This document shows positions 40,001 through 52,442 of a DNA stretch of 64,000 nucleotides, piece after piece (position 1 is the first letter of the stretch; the number at the start of each line of letters is the position of its first letter). Source of the DNA: Eledone cirrhosa (Eukaryota); NCBI GenBank assembly GCA_964016885.1, contig OZ024749.1, positions 52,142,001 through 52,206,000 on the forward strand, in the 5' to 3' direction. Made by a program: the position numbers and the translations under genes. The notes beneath the pieces were generated by a model. It did not search any database, was not told where the DNA came from, and worked only from the letters and a program-made list of their open reading frames with translations.

Positions 40001-43000
40001 TGGTTAAGAGAGTGGGACTGGCTTTGTGCAGTGCCTTTGCTCACTATAAAAGCTTCACGGCACAGGCATTGCTTTATATCTGGGATCTCTCTGCACTTGT
40101 CATCACATGGTACCATGGGCCCAGCACTATGTGTCAATAATTGTCACAAGTGTAGTGTTTGTACTAGAGTTTTGAAGTCACTGGCTGGACTAAAAAGTCA
40201 CACTCGTTCAGCGCATCGGTAGGGGTTCTCCTACATGGATATAATGTAGTGGCCGTACTCGAAAACGAGTTGGCAGCCACCATATATATATATATATACG
40301 AGGCTGTGTATTTGTGCATATAGATAAACTGTAAGCTCACAAGTATTTACAGTATTTTATTATCAATATATTGGTGGATTAGCAGACTTGGTAGAGCATC
40401 AGTTAAAATGTTATAGTATTTGTTCTGGCTATTGACATTTTGAGTTCAAATGTCACCAAGGTTGATAAAATAAAGTACCAGTCAAGTACTGTGGCTGATT
40501 TAATCAACTTTGTTATTTCCACCTTGTGCCTAAATTAGTAATTAATCAATATATGTTTTACTTAAATATTTTGTCTGTTATTTACAGGATTATTGATAAT
40601 ATGCCAATTACCTGGTGCTATGATGTTGAAAACAATAAGCATCACTGTAATACTGGCTTCCCAATTGGTTGCTATGTTACAAAAGATGGCTATAGAAAAG
40701 GCATATGCCGAACAAGAGTATGTATTATCTAAGATCTTTTTCCATTCATTTTAAAATTGAAAACCTATTAAGATTATGTGCAGTTAGTGACTTGTTAGTT
40801 GTGAGCCAGAGTTGTCTCTCAGTTAACTCCCTTAATATTCCCAACATAATAGCTGAATCAAATGTAATTTTCAAAAGTTTGTTTTTCATGTGTTAAAATA
40901 TATAATAGCTAAATTGTGTAATTTACATCTCATCTTAACTAATCTTCCAATTGAAGCAAGGAAAGAAACCTTTTCTCCATCCACACCGTCACTGTTTGGC
41001 TTTCTGATACAACTTTTAATCCAGCGTCTTTTGGACGTATTTCAAGGAATTTGGTGGATTGTCTCGTGATTGATCTGTCTCTGTATTAGCTGCCATAGCA
41101 ACAGATTAAAGGCTATTTACCCAGGCTGTCTCACACAGAATGACCCTATCTCTCTAGGTATATCCATCGCTGGATTAGCTGCCTTAGCAACAGATTAGAG
41201 GCTATTTACCCAGGCTATCTCACACAATGACCCTATCTCCCCAGGTATAGCTGTTCAAGGGTAAGGTGACTGTATTGGTAGAATTGGTTGAGAATTCTTG
41301 CAGTATTTGTTACACCTATTTGCACTTTGAGTTTAAATTTCATCAATCAGTTTAACACCACTACATGGCCTTTGGGGACCTTTAGCAAGGTCCACAGTGT
41401 TGCAGTGTTAAACTGTGACTGAGATATAGGCACCATATAGTCTGGTGATAGAGAGACTGAGATATAGGCACCATATAGTTTGGTGATAGAGAGACTGAGA
41501 TATAGGCACCATATAGTCTGGTGATAGAGAGACTGAGATATAGGCACCATATAGTCTGGTGATAGAGAGACTGAGATATAGGCACCATATAGTTTGGTGA
41601 TAGAGAGACTGAGATATAGGCACCATATAGTCTGGTGATAGAGAGACTGAGATATAGGCACCATATAGTCTGGTGATAGAGAGACTGAGATATAGGCACC
41701 ATATAGTTTGGTGATAGAGAGACTGAGATATAGGCACCATATAGCCTGGTGATAGAGAGACTGAGATATAACACATTGTTGTAGCAAATGTAATATTTAG
41801 GTAAAATGTTATTGTTGTTTATATGTTTATTTTCAGGATTCCTACACTGACACGAACACCTATTACTTGTTCAACCATGTCAATATTGATATCATTTTCC
41901 ACAGTGGAAAAGAGGAAGATTGGGGTGAATCTTTAACAGGTGTTGGTGGAAGGATTATATCAGCCAGAGTTACACCTCTCAGGTATCATTCCATTTTCTT
42001 CAGTACTCAAAACATTTTCCTTTTAATTAATCAATAAATTAATTGCTAAATTAAATATTTCAAGCCCAGAGCAAGATATACACAGGGATATGGTGTACCT
42101 ATTGTAAACTGGATACTCAACATTAGATAGAAAAACTATTTTATTGAAATCATTTAATTTGGAAATATCTTCTGTTTAATTATTAAAAGTATTTTTTGTT
42201 TGTTTTCTGTCTAGTTATAAAAATAGCCAATGCCATGGCCCTCCATTGGCTATCAAAGCTGATAATAAAGAAGATATACAGTTTAATTATACCTATTCAA
42301 TTCGTTTTAAGGTAAGTTGCTATGATAGCATTAATAGAAACACTGCCTGCCTGTTGAATTTCTGCTTGTGTATGTAATGACTAAAGACTCCCCTTTCTAA
42401 TGTCTCTGTTCAATTGTTAATGACTTTACAGAGTGTACTGGGTGTATTTTATCATGGAAACAGTATTAGAGAAGTTATATGATGATGATGATGATGATAT
42501 GGAGGCACATGGCTTAGTGGTTAGAGCATTGGGCTTGCAATCGAAAGGTTGAGTTCAATTCTCAGACCGGGTGATGTGTTGTTTCCTTGAGCAAGACACT
42601 TTATTTCACATTGCTCCAGTTTACTCAGCTGTAGAAATGAGATGATAGGGACTGGTGTCCCTATCATTCCACTGTAAAGTGGTCGTGGAGGTGCCACGGC
42701 AAAAAAGCACCCAGCACTCACTGTAAATGAGGTTGGTGTTAGGAAGGGCATCCAGCTGTAGAAATCGAGCCAGAATCAGTTCCCGTCCCACCCTTGCAAG
42801 CAGGGAAAAGTGGACGTAAAATGAAATGATGATGATGATGATATCTTCAGATCTTACATTGTCCTTGTTCGAGTGCTACTTTACAGAGTACTGAGTGCAT
42901 TTTATCATGGCAACATCACTAGAAAACTTTCCATGTCCTTGACACAACTAAAAAACCTTTCTATTATTTAAAATTAAATATTTAAAATCAAATTGTTTAT

Positions 43001-43530
43001 CATAACCACTTCATCGTATATTTTAACAAATTCCTAGTAAGAGAGTGAATGAAATGATGAAGGGTATATTGATATTAATTTAAAAAAAGAATAATTCACT
43101 TATTGATGAAGAAACCTTTTCATTGATTAAAATTTTTCTTGTCTATTTTGTAGGTTGATAATAAAATTAAATGGTCATCAAGATGGGATTACATTTTAGA
43201 CTCTATGTCTCATTCTAACATTCAGTGGTTTAGGTAAGTTTGGAACTAAGTCTATATTTATCATTAATACCTCATATTAACTCTGTAAAATATAGGTGTG
43301 TGTTGTTGTGTGTCTGCCCCTAACTTCACCTAAACTACAGATCACCACCATTGTTATTTTTTGTCCACTTTTAGATGCTGGCATGGGTTGGACAAGACAG
43401 GATGCCCTTCCTGATGCCAGTCCATATTTTATTTTTCTAAGTATAATGTGTGTATGTAGTAATAATAAATGTGAAGACTAAAATCCAAAGAGGGCTCGAT
43501 AAGGATAAATGTATATCAAATATATAAGAG

Positions 43531-43569
<39 letters not shown>

Positions 43570-46500
43570 AAGTATGACCCCGACGGCAGTGCTCAAGCCG
43601 TTTCGACGGCTATTTCTGTCCAGAAATAGCCGTCGAAATGGCTTGAGCTCTGCTGTTGGGTCATACTTTTTCCTATTTCCCACTCTACTACCCTAAGTAT
43701 TGAGTACTCTGGTGCGTTATGGTCCATCTGGTTCCTTACCACAATTCCTTTGTTATATATATATATATATATATATGAATATATATGAATATGACTCTTC
43801 TATGTTGTACTTGTTTTAGTTTCAACACACTCAGATCAAGTCATCTGCCAGATATGTACAACAGTTTCAGATCAAGTCATCTGCCAGATATGTACAACAG
43901 TCTCAGATCATGTCACTTGCCAGACATATACCACACACAATCTCGGATCAAGTCACTTGTTAGACATGTACAACACACAGTCTCAGATCAAGTCATCTGC
44001 CAGATATGTACAACTGTGGCTAAAATGTTTTTTTATTAATACTATTCTCTATTTAATCATCTTTTGTATCTATTTTATGTTTAGTAATTTTGCCTTCTTT
44101 TCTTCTTCTTTTCTTCATCTTTTCTTCCTACAGTATCATGAATTCCTTGATAATAGTTCTGTTCCTGTCTGGTATGGTAGCCATGATAATGTTGAGAACT
44201 TTACACAAAGATATTGCTCGTTATAACCAAATGGACAATGCTGTAAGTATACAATTATAAATCTCAAATTATATGTTTCAAATTAATTGTTATAATAAGG
44301 ATGTACATAAACAATCCATCCTGAAGTTAATAACTCTCACAAAGATGAGCAGAATATACTGTACTTATAGGCTGGCATTAGGAGGAGCAACTGGCTGTAA
44401 AAAAACTGACTTAAATACTCTTGTTCATCTCATGCTATCATGGAGAAGTGGATGATGTGAAATGCAACATTTTAAAAATTCAGTATTTTGACTCTTAACA
44501 TATAAGGTTTCAGCAGAAATTATTTTATATTGTATTTGTTAATTCAGATCATTTCAGTATCTTTGCTAATGAACAGACCTTTGTGAAAATTTTCAGTAAA
44601 CTAAAATAAAAATTTTGATATTTAATGTGACACAGTTATAGTACTGTTTTATACTTTTTCAAGAATGTGGTTTCATGTGGTACAGGTCATTGAGATATTT
44701 AAATATTTTGTTGTAGGAAGACGCCCAAGAAGAATTTGGATGGAAGTTGGTTCATGGAGATGTATTCAGACCTCCAAGGAAAGGAATGCTTCTGGCTGTC
44801 ATTAATGGAAATGGCATTCAAATATTTTTCATGACTTTGATAACATTAGGTAATACACATATATCTTTATACTCCTTGATAACATTAGGTAATACACATA
44901 TATCTTTATACTCCTTGATAACATTAGGTAATACACATATCTTTATACTCCTTGATAACATTAGGTAATACACATATCTTTATACTCCTTGATAACATTA
45001 GGTAATACACACATATCTTTATACTCCTTGATAACATTAGGTAACACACACATATCTTTATACTCCTTGATAACATTAGGTAATACACACATATCTTTAT
45101 ACTCCTTGATAACATTAGGTAATATACACATATCTTTATACTCCTTGATAACATTAGGTAATACACACATATCTTTATACTCCTTGATAACATTAGGTAA
45201 CACACACATATCTTTATACTCCTTGATAACATTAGGTAATACACACATATCTTTATACTCCTTGATAACATTAGGTAATATACACATATCTTTATACTCC
45301 TTGATAACATTAGGTAATACACACATATCTTTATACTCCTTGATAACATTAGGTAATATACACATATCTTTATACTCCTTGATAACATTAGGTAATACAC
45401 ACATATCTTTATACTCCTTGATAACATTAGGTAACACACACATATCTTTATACTCCTTGATAACATTAGGTAATACACACATATCTTTATACTCCTTGAT
45501 AACATTAGGTAATATACACATATCTTTATACTCCTTGATAACATTAGGTAATACACACATATCTTTATACTCCTTGATAACATTAGGTAATATACACATA
45601 TCTTTATACTCCTTGATAACATTAGGTAATACACACATATCTTTATACTCCTTGATAACATTAGGTAACACACACATATCTTTATACTCCTTGATAACAT
45701 TAGGTAATACACACATATCTTTATACTCCTTGATAACATTAGGTAATACACACATATCTTTATACTCCTTGATAACATTAGGTAATACACACATATCTTT
45801 ATACTCCTTGATAACATTAGGTAATACACACATATCTTTATACTCCTTGATAACATTAGGTAATACACACATATCTTTATACTCCTTGATAACATTAGGT
45901 AATATACACATATCTTTATACTCCTTGATAACATTAGGTAATACACACATATCTTTATACTCCTTGATAACATTAGGTAACACACACATATCTTTATACT
46001 CCTTGATAACATTAGGTAATACACACATATCTTTATACTCCTTGATAACATTAGGTAATACACATATATCTTTATACTCCTTGATAACATTAGGTAATAT
46101 ACACATATCTTTATACTCCTTGATAACATTAGGTAATACACACATATCTTTATACTCCTTGATAACATTAGGTAATACACATATCTTTATACTCCTTGAT
46201 AACATTAGGTAATACACACATATCTTTATACTCCTTGATAACATTAGGTAATACACACATATCTTTATACTCCTTGATAACATTAGGTAATACACACATA
46301 TCTTTATACTCCTTGATAACATTAGGTAATATACACACATCTTTATACTCCTTGATAACATTAGGTAATACACACATATCTTTATACTCCTTGATAACAT
46401 TAGGTAATACACATATCTTTATACTCCTTGATAACATTAGGTAATACACACATATCTTTATACTCCTTGATAACATTAGGTAATACACATATCTTTATAC

Positions 46501-49224
46501 TCCTTGATAACATTAGGTAATACACACATATCTTTATACTCCTTGATAACATTAGTTAATATACACATATCTTTATACTCCTTGATAACATTAGGTAATA
46601 CACACATATCTTTATACTCCTTGATAACATTAGTTAATATACACATATCTTTATACTCCTTGATAACATTAGGTAATACACACATATCTTTATACTCCTT
46701 GATAACATTAGTTAATATACACATATCTTTATACTCCTTGATAACATTAGGTAATACACACATATCTTTATACTCCTTGATAACATTAGTTAATATACAC
46801 ATATCTTTATACTCCTTGATAACATTAGGTAATACACACATATCTTTATACTCCTTGATAACATTAGTTAATATACACATCTTTATACTCCTTGATAACA
46901 TTAGGTAATACACATATATTTTATACTCCTTGATAACATTAGGTAATACACACATATCTTTATACTCCTTGATAACATTAGGTAATACACACATATCTTT
47001 ATACTCCTTGATAACATTAGGTAATACACACATATCTTTATACTCCTTGATAACATTAGGTAATACACACATATCTTTATACTCCTTGATAACATTAGGT
47101 AATACACACATATCTTTATACTCCTTGATAACATTAGGTAATACACACATATCTTTATACTCCTTGATAACATTAGGTAATACACACATATCTTTATACT
47201 CCTTGATAACATTAGGTAATACACACACATCTTTATACTCCTTGATAACATTAGGTAATACACACATATCTTTATACTCCTTGATAACATTAGGTAATAT
47301 ACACATATCTTTATACTCCTTGATAACATTAGGTAATACACACATATCTTTATACTCCTTGATAACATTAGGTAATACACATATATTTTATACTCCTTGA
47401 TAACATTAGGTAATACACATATATTTTATACTCCTTGATAACATTAGGTAATACACATATATTTTATACTCCTTGATAACATTAGGTAATACACATATAT
47501 TTTATACTCCTTGATAACATTAGGTAATACACACATATCTTTATACTCCTTGATAACATTAGGTAATACACACATATATTTTATACTCCTTGATAACATT
47601 AGGTAATACACATATATCTTTATACTCCTTGATAACATTAGGTAATACACATATATTTTATACTCCTTGATAACATTAGGTAATACACATATATTTTATA
47701 CTCCTTGATAACATTAGGTAATACACATATATTTTATACTCCTTGATAACATTAGTTAATATACACATATCTTTATACTCCTTGATAACATTAGGTAATA
47801 CACACATATCTTTATACTCCTTGATAACATTAGGTAATACACACATATCTTTATACTCCTTGATAACATTAGTTAATATACACATATCTTTATACTCCTT
47901 GATAACATTAGGTAATACACACATATCTTTATACTCCTTGATAACATTAGGTAATACACACATATCTTTATACTCCTTGATAACATTAGTTAATATACAC
48001 ATATCTTTATACTCCTTGATAACATTAGGTAATACACACATATCTTTATACTCCTTGATAACATTAGTTAATATACACATCTTTATACTCCTTGATAACA
48101 TTAGGTAATACACACATATCTTTATACTCCTTGATAACATTAGGTAACACACACATATCTTTATACTCCTTGATAACATTAGTTAATATACACATATCTT
48201 TATACTCCTTGATAACATTAGTTAATATACACATCTTTATACTCCTTGATAACATTAGGTAACACACATATATAATTCATGACTTTGATAACATATATCT
48301 TTCTATTGTTCGCATATATAGACATAATTGTGAGGTGGGTGGTGGGTAGTATAGCTAATGTCACCCTGGTTTAAACCGGCACTTGGGTGCCTTTAGATTG
48401 TGTAGTAGACAGAATGTCCCCCTGGTTTAACACTGCCACTACCTAGACCTTGGGTGGTAGAATGTCCCCCTGGTTTAACACTGCCACTACCTGGACCTTG
48501 GGTGGTAGAATGTCCCCCTGGTTTAACACTGCCACTACCTGGACCTTGGGTGGTAGAATGTCCCCCTGGTTTAACACTGCCACTACCTGGACCTTGGGTG
48601 GTAGAATGTCCCCCTGGTTTAACACTGCCACTACCTGGACCTTGGGTGGTAGAATGAACCCCTGATTTAACAGTCACTACCTGGTCCTTGGGTGGTAGAA
48701 TGTCCCCCTGGTTTATCATTGTCACTACCTGGACCTTGGAGAGGAATTTTCCAGATCCAGATCCGAGTTCTAATGAGATATACAGAGGTCCTGGATGAGT
48801 TTAATTAAGAGAAATTTGTCATGAGGCACCAGGTGTTTCAGCATGGAATACAGAGAGTATAAGATTATTTTTAATATTATCTCAATTGAAAATATTTAAA
48901 TTTATTAATATTTTTTTCATATTTTTAGTTTTTGCCTGTCTTGGATTTCTCTCCCCCGCCAACCGTGGAGCTCTCATGACTTGTGCAATGGTAAGAGTGT
49001 TTAATACATTTACAAAAATATATTTCTAATAATCTCATAATGAGAATGGTATATTTTCTTCTGAAGATTTCTTAGTTCTTTCAACCATTTAGTTTTTAAA
49101 AGATCTGTTATTTATACTTGTATATACACATCGCAACCCATTTGTAGTGTTTGTGTGTGTGCGCGTGTGTGTGTATATATACATATATATTATTCCTTCA
49201 CCTGTTCCAGCCAATCGGCTGAGG

Positions 49225-49281
<57 letters not shown>

Positions 49282-49365
49282 CTCATCCGGATGGCTGGAA
49301 CAGTGTGTGTGTAAGCACGCACACGCACGCACGCACGCACACACACACTCACACACACACTCACA

Positions 49366-49408
<43 letters not shown>

Positions 49409-52052
49409 GTGTAATATTCTTGGTTTTTCATTTCTTTCCAGGTTTTATATGTTTGTCTTGGGACACCAGCTGGCTTTATTTCAGCAAGAATTTACAAAAG
49501 TAAGTCCATCATCATCATTGATATTAAGTTATTAAAAGTAATTTTGAAAACTGCTTCAGAAGTTTCAAATTGCTATCAAATCTTTTAATATTATTATTAT
49601 TATTTCAGATATTTAAGGTTAATAGTTTATCATGGTGTTAGTTTCCAAAAATTTTATATTTGGTAATTTTCTTCTCATAAAAATATATTCAATCCATTTG
49701 TTTGTGTTTTATATTTTATCAAAATTCTGTTTTATTTTCTCTCCAACAGTGTTTGGTGGTGAAAAGTGGAAATCAAATGTCTTACTCACTGCATTTCTTT
49801 GCCCAGGGTAAGTGGGAACAATGTTATATTCCTTTGCTTAGGTTAACTGGGAACAAATGTTTTATTATCCCTTTGTTATATCTCTTTGTCCAGAGTAAGT
49901 GGGAACAATTACATTATATGATATATTTTGCCCAGGGTAAGTGGAGAGGGTTAAACAGGTACATTTCTATGGATACTACACCATAGATATACACAGGTCA
50001 GCTGTTCAGCAAAAACCTTCATTGATCAGCTGTTCAGCAAAAACCTTCATTGATCATCTCTCTATGGACATAAGATGTAGCACTGTTCATCTCCTTTGTG
50101 GCATATAGTTACGACCCTTTATATTCTAAGTTCAAATCCCACTGAGGTTAGCTTTGCCTTTCCTCCTTATGAGGGTCGATAAAATAAAGTAACACACTGG
50201 GGTTGATTTAAATAATAATAATAAAAATTGTGTACAGTGCTCAGGTGCACTACAAATCATCAAAGGTGCATGTATAGTACATAAAATAATGTATAAATGT
50301 TAGGAAAGTGAACAGTGTATGAGTCATGATATACCCACAGACACACATGCATGCGTGTGTATGGAGGGGGAATATCAGGTGTAGTGTTGGTGAATTTTGG
50401 GAAGCATGGAAGTTTTGAAGGATGCAGTGTCTCGACAGCTAACAACTGATGCAGGTAGTTTGTTCCATGCTTCAGCAACTCTGTGTAACTTTCCCCCTTT
50501 CCTTCAAATTGCTGGCCTTGTGTGAAAAGTAGAAACAATTGTTTGTATGAATATTCTAAAGTATTATTTCTTTTACAGAATAGTTTTCTGTATGTTTTTC
50601 CTGTTGAACTTGATTCTGTGGGGTAACGGCAGCAGTGCAGCTATACCATTCACGACATTACTGGCTCTTTTAGCACTCTGGTTTGGTATTTCTGTGCCTC
50701 TTACATTTATTGGTGCCTACTTTGGTTTCAAGAAAAGAGTAAGTATACACACCAACGATTTTGTCTTTTTGGAAAAGAAATAAAAATATCTATTTTAATT
50801 AGTTAACCTTCAGTATACTCTAGGCGCATTACGTTGCTGATAAAGTAATCTCCCCTTAAGGGAAGCAATTCATAAAAACATTTAGCGTGTTAAAGGTTAA
50901 TTAATAACCAATAAAGACAGCACAATCACTGATATCAGTATTGCTAAATTACTTTCATAAAAAGTAGACCAAAATTTTCAAAATGTTACAAACTATTTTA
51001 GAAAGTAGATCAATGTAAAAACTTTACCACTAAATTAAGATATGTTTATATATAAGGATTGTTTGTAAATCAATTCTACTGTAAAATAACACAGTTTCAG
51101 TTTGATATTAAAATTGTTTCCCCTGTATTTCAGCCGATTGAACATCCAGTGCGAACTAACTTGATTCCACGACAAATCCCAGATCAGTCATTCTACACAA
51201 AACCTTTACCTGGTATTATTATGGGAGGAGTTTTACCTTTTGGTTGCATATTTATTCAACTCTTCTTTATCTTAAACAGTTTATGGTGAGTTACATTTCA
51301 TCTATTCCACTCTACAAATATAATATATCATCATCATCATCATCACGTTGTTTGTTTGCCATGTTAGCATGGGTTGGACGGCTTGTCACTCTTCTGACAC
51401 GAGACAGGCTGGATAGATTTCCTAACATCAATCAATTTACAGAATGTACTGGGTATATTTTACTGTGGCACCAGCACCATCACTTTACAGAATGTACTGC
51501 GTGTATTTTATCATGACACCAAAAACACTTTACAGAGTGTATTGGGTGTACTATATCACACACACAATTACACCCATACACTAGTCCTGAAGTTGGCTCA
51601 ATAAGTTCTTGTAATAAGTTTTAAGCTACACACCCAAAGAGTTGACAGAACTGTTAAATTGGTGGACAAAATGTCGGCATTTATTCTGGTTTTCTGAGTT
51701 CAAACTCCACTGAGGTCAACTTTGGCCTTCATCCTTTCAAAGTACCAGTTCTTTGGTGGTGGAATGTATTCAAATCACTGGAAAAGTGGGGATACGTCTG
51801 TCAGAAATTGTAACTGACAGACAGTATCAGCAATGGAAAGACCATTGGACAACATTGTTCCTTGGTCTGATTTGATTTTCAGCTACTATTACTACTATTC
51901 AGACAGGCTTCCAAAGAGTTTCTGTCTACCCAATTTCACAAGGTAGAGATCAACTTAAGACTATGGTAAATGACAATTGTCCAAGATACCAAACAGTAAA
52001 ATCGAGCCTGGGACACAAAGATAGTATAACAAACTTTGGCCATGCTGCATCC

Positions 52053-52100
<48 letters not shown>

Positions 52101-52396
52101 TCATCATTATCGTTTAACGTTTATGTTCCACGCTAGCATGGGTTAGACGGGAATTGTCCCACTTGAGGCAAAATTGGTCGGTGACTGTGTCTCCCTCGTA
52201 TAGGTCTATCTGGCAAGTTTTCTACGGCTGGATGCCCTTCCTAACACCAACCACATTTACATACATACACACAGTCTTGGTTACCAGTACATATATACAG
52301 ATGTTAAAGTAGTAATAGGTTCATTTTCATTGGCACAGGTTGAACAAGTTGGTCCTCAGGATTAAAAAAGCATACGTACTGATATGGTGCCATTAA

Positions 52397-52442
<46 letters not shown>

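Noticed and set aside
44924-48267. Long ORFs (up to 483 aa) on both strands
   Set aside because: They are translations of the 39-bp satellite (unit length divisible by 3) lying inside TM9SF2 intron 10.
44837-48270. CRISPR-like array
   Set aside because: There are no unique spacers and no cas genes; units are contiguous and the context is a eukaryotic intron. The same applies to the 38-bp and 48-bp arrays.
48393-48725. Gly/Ser/Pro-rich repeat protein ([16 protein letters not shown])n
   Set aside because: It is an antisense translation of the intronic 48-bp minisatellite with no supporting gene structure.
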